Positions 8,911 to 18,744 of a stretch of DNA of 36,535 nucleotides are shown here, piece by piece; within the stretch, counting starts at the first letter, position 1, and the number at the start of each line of letters is the position of its first letter. The notes under the pieces were generated by a model. The model worked only from the letters and a program-made list of their open reading frames with translations, searched no databases and was not told the DNA's origin. The position numbers and the translations under genes were made by a program. The stretch lies in the sequence record SRR20825006_567, one strand, 5' to 3'.

Positions 8911-9585
8911 ATGAACAAGAAAATTGCAACGCTTGCATTTGCCACCCTGATGGGGACCACGGGTCAACATGCCTTTGCGGATGCGCCCTCGTTCAACTAC
9001 GTGCAGTTTGACTATGTTGTATCCGGGGACTCGGAAGTTAGCGAGGGCGGCATGTCCGAGTCGTTTGATCTTGAGCAGGGATTCGGTCTACAAGGCGGAT
9101 TCGAGATCGGTGACTATGTCATGGTAATGGGGCGGCATTTGTCGCTGGACTATGAAGATGACCTGGGGTTTGCATTGGGTGAAGCTGATAATGCTGTGTT
9201 CAACGACATGACATTTATTGGTGTCGGTGCGCATATTCCGGTGGCGGATATGGTCGACCTTTATGGTGCAGTCGGGTTCAGCCGGCCAACGTTCATTGGT
9301 ATTGCCGGTGAGGGGTATGGTCTGGAAGTCGGCGCCCGTGCCAACTTTGAAATGGTGACCGCATCACTTTGGTACAACATGGGTGACACGGATACCAAGA
9401 TCGGCACGGACTCTCTGGATATTGACCCGGAATTGTTAGGTCTGGATGTAGCCATCGCCTTCGCCCCTGATGCGCCAGAGCTGGTGTTGGGGTACGTTGA
9501 TGCGACCCACGAACTCGAGATTGACAACGATAAACTTGACCTGGATTACGACCACTTCTCCATCGGCGTCAGAAAATCTTTCTGA
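8911..9585 (+). CDS. Outer membrane beta-barrel protein
   Basis: Signal peptide ending AFA; PSFNYVQFDYV N-terminus; alternating beta-strand pattern; C-terminal SIGVRKSF; AGGGAG RBS. Confidence 0.82.
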   Translation: MNKKIATLAFATLMGTTGQHAFADAPSFNYVQFDYVVSGDSEVSEGGMSESFDLEQGFGLQGGFEIGDYVMVMGRHLSLDYEDDLGFALGEADNAVFNDMTFIGVGAHIPVADMVDLYGAVGFSRPTFIGIAGEGYGLEVGARANFEMVTASLWYNMGDTDTKIGTDSLDIDPELLGLDVAIAFAPDAPELVLGYVDATHELEIDNDKLDLDYDHFSIGVRKSF

Positions 9586-9595
9586 TCTTTTCAGG

Positions 9596-9614
9596 GCGGG
9601 GCCCAAGGCCCCGC
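9596..9614. terminator. Hairpin between convergent genes (possible terminator)
   Basis: GCGGGGCC-CAA-GGCCCCGC stem; U-tract weak. Confidence 0.45.
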
Positions 9615-9648
9615 TGCCTTAAATGCATGACTATGCTGCTAAATCCGT

Positions 9649-10299
9649 TTATTCCCTTTCCTTTCCGTAAGCCCGCAGGAACATATCCACCACTTGTTCG
9701 GCATGGGGGCGTGCTTCATCGGGTGTCATCGGCTGGTTACAGCCAATAATCACACGCATATGCTCACAGCCTTGCAGCAGGCTGAAGAAATTCTCTGCCG
9801 CCTGTTTGGGGTTGTCCGCCTGCAATCGGCCCGTGTTATTGCCGTTGCGTACCAGGTTTTCCATGGCGGTGATGGTGCGTTGCGGGCCAGCTTCAAAAAA
9901 CAGTCGCGACATGGCCGGGTCCTGGGTGGCCAGGCTGCCCATGAGCCGCTGTAGCTCAATCACTTCCGGGTTATGGATAAGCTCGAGAAACGCCAAACCA
10001 ATGTTGATCAAGGTGGTGCGAATCGGCAGTGCCGGGTCCAGCTCGAAGATCGGTACGGGCAGCATGTTGTGACATTCCGCCTCAATCGCTGACGAAAATA
10101 ACGTTTCCTTGTCACTGAAATGGCTATACACCGTGAGTTTGGAGACGCCAGCCTGTTTCGCCACGGCATCCATGCTGGTGCCGGCAAACCCCTGCCCCAG
10201 AAACAGCGTCTTCGCCGCCTCAAGGATAGCGGTGCGTTTGGCCGGGTCTTTGGGGCGGCCGCGCGGATTGGGCTGATCAGGGGAGGCGGTATCGGTCAT
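9649..10299 (-). CDS. mexL: TetR family repressor, MexL-like
   Basis: GRPKDPAKRTAILEAAKTLFL...TSMDAVAKQAGVSKLTVYSHFSDKETLF; FFEAGP; FLRAY; divergent from mexJK-like genes. Confidence 0.8.
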   Translation of the reverse strand: MTDTASPDQPNPRGRPKDPAKRTAILEAAKTLFLGQGFAGTSMDAVAKQAGVSKLTVYSHFSDKETLFSSAIEAECHNMLPVPIFELDPALPIRTTLINIGLAFLELIHNPEVIELQRLMGSLATQDPAMSRLFFEAGPQRTITAMENLVRNGNNTGRLQADNPKQAAENFFSLLQGCEHMRVIIGCNQPMTPDEARPHAEQVVDMFLRAYGKERE

Positions 10300-10334
10300 A
10301 TTTCAATACTGGACGGTTTAGTTTAATAAAATTA

Positions 10335-10352
10335 CTATACTGGCGAGTATAG
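10335..10352. promoter_or_regulatory. Palindromic operator in the mexL/mexJ divergent region
   Basis: CTATACT-GGCG-AGTATAG; related ATACTGG half-site near 10306. Confidence 0.65.
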
Positions 10353-10437
10353 CATGCCGGCAAGCCAAGACCGGCAAAATCCGCCGACTTAACGGGCGGA
10401 TCCGTCTAAAGAGGTGGGGTCAATGAGGGAACCTGTC

Positions 10438-11658
10438 ATGTTTCGTTCTGTTGTGCTGTCGAAAGGGCTGTTGAGAGTGCTGTCGGGGCTGATCGCCACG
10501 GGAATGGCGGCGGGGGCGTTGTCCCTGCAGGGGTGTTCCGATCCGGAGTCGGAAGACAAGGCGCCGGCCCGCCCGGCACTGGTGGCCCAGCCGCTGTCGG
10601 CGGATGCCAGTCAGGACGTGTTCCCCGGTGAAATTCGTGCCCGTTATGAGCCGGAGCTGGGGTTTCGCATTGGTGGCAAGATCAGCCAGCGTCTGGTGGA
10701 CGTGGGTGACCGGGTCAGTGAAGGGACGGTACTGGCCAAGCTGGATACCGACGATGTCAGCCTGAAACTGGATGCGGTGCGGGCGCAGATGGCGTCTGCC
10801 CAGGCCGATCACAAGCTGGCCAGCAGCGAACTGGAGCGCTACCGCGAGCTGATGGAACGCAATGTGATCAGCCGTTCCCAGTTCGACTCTTTTGAAAGCC
10901 GTTATGACGCCAGTGTGGCGCAGTTACGCCAGGCCCGTGCGAACTTGAAGGTGGCCCGTAATCAGGCGGATTACGCATCGCTGAAAGCGCCCCGCGATGG
11001 GGTGATTGCCCAGCGATTGGCGGAGGCTGGCCAGGTAGTGGCTGCTGGTCAGGCGGTGTTTGTGCTGGCAATCGACGGCGACCGCGAAGTGCGGATCGAT
11101 TTGCCGGAGCAGGACGTGGGCCGCTTCAAAATTGGTATGCCGGTGGCGATCGAATTGTGGTCGCGCCCCGGAGAAGTATTCGAAGGCAAGATCCGCGAGT
11201 TGTCCCCTGCGGCAGACCCCCGCTCGCGTACCTTTGAAGCACGGGTCGCTTTCGAAAATGCCACTGTTGGCGCAGATCTGGGCCAATCTGCCCGGGTCTT
11301 TGTCAGCGGAGCCGCCAATGCCGACGTGCTCAGTATTCCCCTGTCGGCGCTCACTGCCGAGGAAGGCGACACCTATGTGTGGGTGGTCAACCCGGACGCG
11401 CTGACATTACAGAAAACGCCGGTAGAAGTGGGGCCCTATCAGGAGCAGGTAGTGCCGGTATTGCGCGGTCTTACATCACAGGACTGGATCGTGACTGCAG
11501 GCACGCAGTTGCTGCGTGAAGGACAGAGGGTTATTCCGGTGGATCGCCAGAACCGTCAGCTGGATCTGGCTGAGGCTGAACCTGGCGAGCAGGCGGCCCC
11601 GGATGCACCGGCTGATGACAGTGCAGACGCGACGCCAAGCCCAGACGCGGACCAATAA
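10438..11658 (+). CDS. mexJ: RND efflux periplasmic adaptor (MFP) lipoprotein, MexJ-like
   Basis: Lipobox LQGC; GEIRARYEPELGFRIGGKI; LKAPRDGVI; RELSPAADPRSRTF. Start uncertain (10423 or 10438). Confidence 0.85.
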   Translation: MFRSVVLSKGLLRVLSGLIATGMAAGALSLQGCSDPESEDKAPARPALVAQPLSADASQDVFPGEIRARYEPELGFRIGGKISQRLVDVGDRVSEGTVLAKLDTDDVSLKLDAVRAQMASAQADHKLASSELERYRELMERNVISRSQFDSFESRYDASVAQLRQARANLKVARNQADYASLKAPRDGVIAQRLAEAGQVVAAGQAVFVLAIDGDREVRIDLPEQDVGRFKIGMPVAIELWSRPGEVFEGKIRELSPAADPRSRTFEARVAFENATVGADLGQSARVFVSGAANADVLSIPLSALTAEEGDTYVWVVNPDALTLQKTPVEVGPYQEQVVPVLRGLTSQDWIVTAGTQLLREGQRVIPVDRQNRQLDLAEAEPGEQAAPDAPADDSADATPSPDADQ

Positions 11659-11665
11659 GGAGAGT

Positions 11666-14600
11666 ATGGCCATGTCGTTCAATCTCTCCGAATGGGCGCT
11701 GAAAAACCGCACCCTGGTGCTCTACGCCATGATTCTTCTCGGTGCCATGGGGGCCATTTCCTATGCCAACCTGGGCCAGAGTGAAGATCCGCCGTTTACC
11801 TTCAAGCTGATGACCATCAACACCCTGTGGCCCGGTGCCAGTGCCGAGGAAGTGTCCCGGCAAATCACCGACCGGGTGGAGAAGAAACTGATGGAGACCG
11901 GCGACTTCGAGCGCATTACCTCCTATTCCCGGCCCGGTCAGTCGTTGGTCATGTTCATGGCTCGCGATGAAATGCGCTCCAAGGAAATCAAGGATCTCTG
12001 GTATCAGGTGCGCAAGAAGGTGGGCGATATTCACCATGCCCTGCCCCAGGACATACAAGGTCCCTTCTTTAACGACGAATTCGGCACCACCTTCGGCAAC
12101 ATTTATGCGCTGACCGGGCAGGGATTCGATTACGCCATCATGAAAGACTACGCCGACCGCTTGCAGCTCGCGCTGCAACGGGTGGATGACGTGGGCAAGG
12201 TGGAATTGATCGGCCTGCAGGACGAAAAAATCTGGGTGGAAATCGCCAATACCAAGCTGGCCTCCCTGGGTATCCCGCTGGTGACGGTGCAGCAGGCGTT
12301 GCAGTCACAAAATGCTGTCGCCGACGCCGGATTCTTTGAGACCCCCAGCAGCCGCGTGCGGCTGCGTGTTTCCGGTGAATTCACCAGTGTGGACGATATT
12401 CGTAACTTCCCCATTCAGGTGGAAAACCGCACCCTGCGTCTTGGCGACATCGCCAACGTTTATCGTGGTTTCAGTGATCCGCCGCAACCGCGCATGCGAT
12501 TCATGGGCGAGAATGCCATCGGTATAGCCGTTTCCATGAAGGATGGCGGCGACATCCTCAAGCTGGGTGACAACCTGGACAAGACCTTCGCCAGATTGCA
12601 GGAAAACCTGCCCATCGGCATGGAGCTACGCAAAGTCTCGGATCAGCCGGCGGCGGTGGAAGCCGGTGTGGGAGAGTTTGTTCAGGTGTTGATGGAAGCA
12701 CTGGCCATCGTGTTGCTGGTGAGCTTTTTCTCGCTGGGCTGGCGCACCGGCCTGGTGGTGGCGTTTTCCATTCCGCTGGTATTGGCGATGACCTTTGCGT
12801 CGATGAAATATTTCGACATCGGCCTGCACAAGATTTCCCTGGGGGCGTTGGTGTTGGCGCTGGGCTTGATGGTGGACGATGCCATTATCGCCGTGGAAAT
12901 GATGGCGATTAAAATGGAGCAAGGCTTCAGCCGTATCAAGGCGGCCGGTTTTGCCTGGACCAGTACCGCCTTTCCCATGCTTACCGGCACCTTGATTACC
13001 GCTGCAGGCTTTCTGCCCATCGCCACTGCGGAATCGAGCACCGGGGAATATACCCGCTCCATCTTCCAGGTGGTGACCATTGCATTGTTGGCTTCCTGGG
13101 TGGCGGCGGTGGTCTTTGTGCCGTATCTGGGGGAAAAGTTGCTCCCCAGTCTGGCCCGTCGTGATGCCAGTGGCGATGTGCATGACCCTTATCAGAAACC
13201 GTTTTATCGCCGTTTCCGTGGCTGGGTAGAGTGGTGCGTGCGTTACCGGAAAACGGTCATCGGGCTGACCGTGGGCATCTTTGTTTTTTCTCTTCTTTTG
13301 TTCAGTTTTGTGCCCCAGCAATTCTTCCCGGCGTCCGGCCGGCTTGAGTTGATGGTGGACATGAAGCTGGAAGAAGGGGCATCGCTGACAGCGACCCAGG
13401 AAAAGGCACTGCGCCTGGAAGCCATGCTTGGCGAAAACGACATGATCGAAAACTACGTGGGTTACATGGGCAGCGGCTCGCCCCGTTTTTATCTGTCGCT
13501 GGATCAGAAATTACCCGCCGCCAGTGTGGCCCAGTTTGTGGTGCTCACCCGAAACGTGGAAGAGCGCGAGGAAGTCCGTGAATGGTTAATGGACACCCTG
13601 GAGCGGGAATTCCCGGCGGTGCGTACCCGTGTCTCACGGCTGGAAAACGGCCCGCCGGTGGGGTATCCCATTCAGCTGCGTATTTCCGGGGAGCATATTC
13701 CCCAGGTGCGCGAACTGGCTCGCAGGGTGGCAGAAAAAGTTCGCGACAACGAGCACACTGCCAATGTGCATCTGGATTGGGAAGAGCCCAGCAAGGTGGT
13801 GCGTTTGATTGTGGATCAGGATCGTGCCCGGACCTTGGGCATCACCACCTCGGATTTGTCCACTGCGTTGCAGGCGTCGCTTTCCGGCGTGGCGGTGAGC
13901 CAGTACCGGGAAGACAACGAACTGATCAATGTGGAAGTGCGTGGCGATAGTCATGAGCGTCATGCGCTGGGCTTGCTGGGCAACCTGGCGGTGCAGACGG
14001 AAAATGGACGCAGTGTGCCGTTGAATCAGGTGGCAACGCTGGAGTCCGGGTTTGAGGAAGGCATCATCTGGCATCGCGATCGTTTGCCCACGGTGACGGT
14101 GTTGGCGGATGTGAAAGACGATGCCTTGCCGGCCACGTTGATGCAGCAAATCATGCCGACTCTGTCCCAGGTGCAGGCAGATCTGCCGCCGGGTTATCTG
14201 CTCCAGGTGGGGGGCACGGTGGAGGAATCCGCGCGGGGTCAAAAATCGGTGAATGCAGGGATGCCACTGTTCATTCTGGTGGTGATTACCTTGCTGATGC
14301 TGCAGCTGCGCAGTTTCCCGTTGTCGTTGATGGTCTTTATTACCGCGCCGTTGGGGCTCATCGGGGTGACTTTCTTCCTGTTGCTGTTCCAGAAGCCATT
14401 CGGGTTTGTGGCCATGCTGGGCACCATTGCACTGGCCGGCATGATCATGCGAAACGCGGTGATTCTGGTGGACCAGATTGGTCAGGACATGGATCAGGGG
14501 CTAACCGCCTGGGACGCCATTATTGAGTCCACGGTCCGTCGTTTCCGGCCGATCGCGTTGACCTCGCTGACGGCGGTTTTGGCGATGATTCCGCTGTCGC

Positions 14601-14737
14601 GCAGTGTGTTCTTCGGCCCCATGGCCGTGGCGATCATGGGGGGGCTGATTGTGGCCACCGCGCTGACCCTGCTGTTCCTGCCCGCGCTCTACGCGGCCTG
14701 GTTCCGGGTGAAAGAAGAGCATGCCGATACAGCATAA
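11666..14737 (+). CDS. mexK: RND efflux permease, MexK-like
   Basis: MSFNLSEWAL...LGQSEDPPFTFK...WPGASAEEV; GPFFNDEFG; GLMVDDAIIAVEMM; RLENGPPVGYP; RFRPIALT; AAGGAG RBS. Confidence 0.9.
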   Translation: MAMSFNLSEWALKNRTLVLYAMILLGAMGAISYANLGQSEDPPFTFKLMTINTLWPGASAEEVSRQITDRVEKKLMETGDFERITSYSRPGQSLVMFMARDEMRSKEIKDLWYQVRKKVGDIHHALPQDIQGPFFNDEFGTTFGNIYALTGQGFDYAIMKDYADRLQLALQRVDDVGKVELIGLQDEKIWVEIANTKLASLGIPLVTVQQALQSQNAVADAGFFETPSSRVRLRVSGEFTSVDDIRNFPIQVENRTLRLGDIANVYRGFSDPPQPRMRFMGENAIGIAVSMKDGGDILKLGDNLDKTFARLQENLPIGMELRKVSDQPAAVEAGVGEFVQVLMEALAIVLLVSFFSLGWRTGLVVAFSIPLVLAMTFASMKYFDIGLHKISLGALVLALGLMVDDAIIAVEMMAIKMEQGFSRIKAAGFAWTSTAFPMLTGTLITAAGFLPIATAESSTGEYTRSIFQVVTIALLASWVAAVVFVPYLGEKLLPSLARRDASGDVHDPYQKPFYRRFRGWVEWCVRYRKTVIGLTVGIFVFSLLLFSFVPQQFFPASGRLELMVDMKLEEGASLTATQEKALRLEAMLGENDMIENYVGYMGSGSPRFYLSLDQKLPAASVAQFVVLTRNVEEREEVREWLMDTLEREFPAVRTRVSRLENGPPVGYPIQLRISGEHIPQVRELARRVAEKVRDNEHTANVHLDWEEPSKVVRLIVDQDRARTLGITTSDLSTALQASLSGVAVSQYREDNELINVEVRGDSHERHALGLLGNLAVQTENGRSVPLNQVATLESGFEEGIIWHRDRLPTVTVLADVKDDALPATLMQQIMPTLSQVQADLPPGYLLQVGGTVEESARGQKSVNAGMPLFILVVITLLMLQLRSFPLSLMVFITAPLGLIGVTFFLLLFQKPFGFVAMLGTIALAGMIMRNAVILVDQIGQDMDQGLTAWDAIIESTVRRFRPIALTSLTAVLAMIPLSRSVFFGPMAVAIMGGLIVATALTLLFLPALYAAWFRVKEEHADTA

Positions 14738-14780
14738 CGAACGCTGACTCTGTTGCCGGACAGTTTCCGGTTTTCCCCTT

Positions 14781-14807
14781 GCCCTGGCACTTGCCGGGGC
14801 TTTTTTT
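14781..14807 (+). terminator. Rho-independent terminator after mexK
   Basis: GCCCTGGCA-CT-TGCCGGGGC stem followed by T7. Confidence 0.85.
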
Positions 14808-14884
14808 GGGTTTATCACGCAATTGCGACAAAACGGACCTGATTGTTTGCGGCGTGTGGCGATGGATCTCAGGCCGGTGAAGCA

Positions 14885-15367
14885 CTATCGGGGGGCAATG
14901 GCTCGGACGGTAATCGTTAATGCGGGGCTGTGTTGCTGGTGCTCGGCACGTAAACAACGCAGGGTATACTCGCCGGGTTTGTCGAAACGCCAGGGCAGTT
15001 GCACACGGGTGCCGGGTTCGCTCAGGCGGGTGTTGGGGTAGTCCTTGCGCAGGTCAGGCATCAGCCGGTGGATCAGGCTCTGGTCGCGCAGGGCCGCATC
15101 ATCGACCAGGGCAAGCAAATGCCACTCCGGGCTGGCATTATCCAGGGTCAGTAACACTGACTGTCCCTGAGTAAAGCTCAGTGAGTGCGGCGCCCAGTGA
15201 TCCGTGAGCACCGCCGTTTGTGGTGTCAGATTGCCGGGCTCGCGCAGAGCCGTGCCGGCGGCCATGGGGATTTCATCCGGTAGAATGCCGTGGGCGTCGC
15301 CTGGCGGCGAGAGCAAGAATAAGTTAACGAGCATCAACAGGCTCAATGCTCGCGGGCGTTGGGGCAT
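14885..15367 (-). CDS. Exported cupredoxin-like protein with an atypical copper site
   Basis: Signal-like N-terminus; WAPHSLSFTQGQSVLLTLDN...WH; PGTRVQLPWRFDKPGEYTLRC-x4-H cupredoxin pattern. Confidence 0.7.
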   Translation of the reverse strand: MPQRPRALSLLMLVNLFLLSPPGDAHGILPDEIPMAAGTALREPGNLTPQTAVLTDHWAPHSLSFTQGQSVLLTLDNASPEWHLLALVDDAALRDQSLIHRLMPDLRKDYPNTRLSEPGTRVQLPWRFDKPGEYTLRCLRAEHQQHSPALTITVRAIAPR

Positions 15368-15406
15368 GGGTTACCGCGTTGGTGGTGGAAGAAAAGGAGT
15401 AACACA

Positions 15407-16468
15407 TTGAACGGCAGAATACTCGCACTGGTACTGGTTTGCCTATGGGGACTGGTTTCAACGGCGCAGGCCGCACCGTTAACGGTGGCGGTGAAAGCGT
15501 CGCCGCCTTTCAGTTATCAGCAAGGAGACCGCTGGGACGGCATCAGCGTGGAACTGTGGGAAAAGGTGGCAGAAAAGGCCGGCTACGAGTATCGCCTGCG
15601 GCCCTACGGATCGGTGTCGGAGATGCTGGCTGCTGTGGAGCAAGGGCAGGCTGACGTGGCGATTGGCGCAATCAGTGTGACTGCCGACCGGGAGCGACGT
15701 CTGGATTTTACCCAGCCCATGTTCCGGGCGGGCCTGGGGATTGCCACCCGTAACGAAGCCAGTGGCTGGGTGACCACCCTGCGTAATCTGTTTAGCTGGA
15801 AGTTTGTGTCGGCAGTACTGGCTCTGGTGTTGGTATTGCTATTGGTGGGCTTGCTGATCTGGTTGCTGGAGCGGCGCAAGAACCCTGAACAGTTTGGGGG
15901 GTCCGCCAGTCAGGGGATTGGAAGTGGCTTCTGGTGGTCGGCGGTGACCATGACCACGGTGGGGTACGGCGACAAGGCACCGGTGAGTACCGGCGGACGG
16001 GTTCTGGGTCTGGTCTGGATGTTTGTCAGCATAATCACCATCTCCGGTTTCACGGCGGCTATCGCTTCCAGTGTGACGCTTAATGAGTTGCAGTCGCGCA
16101 TCAATGGCGCGGCCGATTTGCCACGGGTAAAAGTGGCGGCGGTGGAGGGCACCAGTGGTGCGAACTGGCTGGCCGGTCAGGGCACCAACTTTGTGCCCTA
16201 TCCGAATAACGAGCAGGCCTTGCGCGCGGTGGTGATCGGAGAGGTGGATGCGCTGGTGTCCGATGCACCGGTCATGCGTTATATGTTGCGCGAACGCGGC
16301 ACCACCAATGCGCTGGTGTTGCCATCGCTGGTTCGCGAAGAAAGTTATGCCTTTGCCATGGCCAATGGCAGCGCATTGCGCGAGTCTCTGGACCAGGCCC
16401 TGCTGCAAGTGCTGCCAACCCAGGAATGGCGCACGGTATTGAATCGTTATCTGGGCGCGGAAGAATAA
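15407..16468 (+). CDS. GluR0-type ligand-gated potassium channel (SBP family 3 domain split by a K+ pore)
   Basis: Signal peptide; S1 (PPFSY, GISVELW, AISVTADRERRLDFTQP); TM; FWWSAVTMTTVGYGDKAP; TM; S2 (GTS, DALVSDAP, YAFA); TTG start after AAGGAG. Confidence 0.9.
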   Translation: MNGRILALVLVCLWGLVSTAQAAPLTVAVKASPPFSYQQGDRWDGISVELWEKVAEKAGYEYRLRPYGSVSEMLAAVEQGQADVAIGAISVTADRERRLDFTQPMFRAGLGIATRNEASGWVTTLRNLFSWKFVSAVLALVLVLLLVGLLIWLLERRKNPEQFGGSASQGIGSGFWWSAVTMTTVGYGDKAPVSTGGRVLGLVWMFVSIITISGFTAAIASSVTLNELQSRINGAADLPRVKVAAVEGTSGANWLAGQGTNFVPYPNNEQALRAVVIGEVDALVSDAPVMRYMLRERGTTNALVLPSLVREESYAFAMANGSALRESLDQALLQVLPTQEWRTVLNRYLGAEE

Positions 16469-16565
16469 CGGTGGGTTTTGGTTGGGGTGCTGATTGAATG
16501 GGGGATTGCGTTTGCTGGTGCCGGGTTACGCGGCTAACCCGACATCCTGGCGCCTGGGCGTTTAT

Positions 16566-17258
16566 CTAACCGTCGCTTCCGGGAAAAAGCGCAGCCAGGC
16601 TCTCCAGTTCCTCTTCCAGATTCCAGTGCATTTCCCGCGCGGTGACATGCAATAGCACCAGTGCATTGATCGGCGCATCGGATTCGCCGCGCTGGCGCAG
16701 TCTCCCGGTAAAACAACGATTCAGTTCATTAAGCGCATCGTAGCGAGCGTTTAACCCTTCCAGTGAAACAGTGGCGTCCGGTTGTTTGCGGTTGAGGAAA
16801 TAACGTTGCAGCAGGTACAGGCTGGCGGTGCGCACCAGGGTTTCGGTGTCGCTGCTCAGTGGCAGGTGAAAGCTGGCCATGGGGCGCAGGAAGCGCGTAT
16901 GCGGGCAGTCGCTCAGCGCGCAGATCAGGCCGAACAGGGAACTGAGAGCGCGCTGCAGGGTGGTGTCCTGATGGTAGTTCCGTTGCGATGTTTGTACGTC
17001 CAGGGTCACCGGCTGAAACGAATCCCCCAGGGCGCAATCGGGTAACAGATAGGCCAGGTTGCGGGCGACGGGGCAGTAGCGGTGCTCGCGGGGGTCCAGT
17101 GGGCAGTGGCTGCACTGGTGATAGCTCAGCTCTGCCCAGTCCGGTGGGGTAAAGGTATCGGGGATGGCGATGGTGCCGTGTTCCTCAACCAGCGTAATCG
17201 GGATGCGTTGCTGTGCCCCGGCGGGTGTGGTGAGGGTGTAAACGAAATCAGGCTGCAT
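16566..17258 (-). CDS. Cys-rich conserved protein, DUF6901-like
   Basis: PDWAELSYHQCSHCPL...YCPVA; ALSSLFGLICALSDCP; FLRPMASFHLPL..ET..R; start overlaps the kinase 3' end. Confidence 0.7.
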   Translation of the reverse strand: MQPDFVYTLTTPAGAQQRIPITLVEEHGTIAIPDTFTPPDWAELSYHQCSHCPLDPREHRYCPVARNLAYLLPDCALGDSFQPVTLDVQTSQRNYHQDTTLQRALSSLFGLICALSDCPHTRFLRPMASFHLPLSSDTETLVRTASLYLLQRYFLNRKQPDATVSLEGLNARYDALNELNRCFTGRLRQRGESDAPINALVLLHVTAREMHWNLEEELESLAALFPGSDG

Positions 17259-18702
17259 CGGCCCGGTCGGTCTGTTTCAGCGGCAGCCGGATGGTAAAGG
17301 TGGTGCCGGCGCCAAGTTGGCTTTCCACGGTCATGGTGCCGCCGTGGTGCTGGATGATGTCGTGGGAAATAGACAGCCCAAGTCCGGTGCCCTGGCCGAT
17401 CGGTTTGGTTGTATAGAAGGGTTCGAAAATCTGCTTGAGAGTATCTTCAGCAATGCCGGGGCCGTCGTCGGTAATAGTCAGGGTGCACCATTGTTCATCG
17501 CAGTCGCCGGCAATGGTGATATTGCCTTTCCCTTCGATGGCCTGGGCGGCGTTGACGAACACGTTCATGAAAACCTGCGACAGCTGGCTTTCCGAGCCGT
17601 TAATAAGCGGCAGGGAATCCGGCAGTGAGTGGCTGACGGTAATGCGGTTTTTCAGTTCATGCTTTGCCAGGTTCAAAGACATTGCCATACAGGTGGCGAT
17701 ATCCGTTGGCGAAAAGGCTTCTGGCTGATTGTGGGAAAAGTGTTTCAGGTCGCGAATGATTTTCTTGATCCGTTCGATGCCTTCGTCGGTTTCGTCCATC
17801 AAGGCGGGATAGTCCGCCATCATGAAGGTCAGCTTGCGGGCATCTACATTCAGGTCGGTTTCTGCATCAAGAAATTGCTGAAATTTTTCTTCGCTAATGC
17901 GTTTTTGTAGCCCCTGAATGATCCCCGCCATGGCGCCAAGATAGTCCCGGCTGCGGTTCAGGTTGGATGACACAAAGGCAATCGGGTTATTGATCTCGTG
18001 GGCGATGCCCGCCGAGATAGTGCCCAGGGAGGCCATTTTTTCCGAGTGCAGCAGTAGTGACTCCACCTGGTCGAGTTTCTGGTTCTTGTCTTTTACTTCC
18101 TGCATCAGCTGGTTGTTTTCGGTCTTGATGCTGGTGATGTCTGTGCCGAAATAAATGTAGCCGTCGTCTTCATCGGAAATGTAGGAAAGCGGGAACAGGA
18201 ACATGTTCATCCAGTAACGGCTGCCCTCCGCATGGCGGTTGCAAACCTCCCCGTTCCATACCCCGGACAGTGCCTGGTTGCACTGCATTACCGGAAGGGT
18301 GTCGTCATCCTTGGGGTGGTTGAAGCTTTCGTTCTGGCCGATCAGTTGTGAAAAAGAGTGTCCGCTCAGCGCGAGAAATTTGCCGTTGGCAAAGGTGATG
18401 GTGCCGTGGCGGTCGGTGGTCAGCACGCAGTACTCGTCGATGATGCGCGCCAGTGGGCCGAGCAGGGCCTTGTTGAGTTTGTATTCGTCCGCATTCACTT
18501 CAATCAGGTGCATCTTGCGGCCAAACCGGTTATCCGTCAGAGATGAGAATTCCGCCAGTTTGGCTTCCACATTGATGGAAGTGCGATAGGTTTTGTATAG
18601 AAAGAAAATAATGATCAGCAGAATCACGGTGGAGCACACTAGGAATAACCCCTGGGCCTCCATGCCAAAGCCGATCTCCGTTTTGTCCAGCAAGCTATTC
18701 AT
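17248..18702 (-). CDS. PAS-domain sensor histidine kinase (NtrB-like HisKA/HATPase), one N-terminal TM
   Basis: PAS (TDRHGTITFANGKF...WNGEVCNR...YW); HSEKMASLGTISAGIAHEINNP; QVFMNVFVNAAQA; DDGPGI; FEPFYTTKPIGQGTGLGLS. Confidence 0.92.
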   Translation of the reverse strand: MNSLLDKTEIGFGMEAQGLFLVCSTVILLIIIFFLYKTYRTSINVEAKLAEFSSLTDNRFGRKMHLIEVNADEYKLNKALLGPLARIIDEYCVLTTDRHGTITFANGKFLALSGHSFSQLIGQNESFNHPKDDDTLPVMQCNQALSGVWNGEVCNRHAEGSRYWMNMFLFPLSYISDEDDGYIYFGTDITSIKTENNQLMQEVKDKNQKLDQVESLLLHSEKMASLGTISAGIAHEINNPIAFVSSNLNRSRDYLGAMAGIIQGLQKRISEEKFQQFLDAETDLNVDARKLTFMMADYPALMDETDEGIERIKKIIRDLKHFSHNQPEAFSPTDIATCMAMSLNLAKHELKNRITVSHSLPDSLPLINGSESQLSQVFMNVFVNAAQAIEGKGNITIAGDCDEQWCTLTITDDGPGIAEDTLKQIFEPFYTTKPIGQGTGLGLSISHDIIQHHGGTMTVESQLGAGTTFTIRLPLKQTDRADAA

Positions 18703-18744
18703 GCGCCGCGCCGTTAGTTGTTGTTTGAAGCGTTAAAGGGCGTC

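Noticed and set aside
10299-10330. Possible leaderless translation of mexL (no SD upstream)
   Set aside because: No correctly spaced -10 box could be identified; cannot be supported without TSS data
11516-11665. N-terminal extension of mexK in the ORF track (similar extensions for creB, tetR 3909, STAS 5009, 19839, 29541 and 34401)
   Set aside because: Overlaps neighbouring genes or promoters; better starts with an RBS exist downstream
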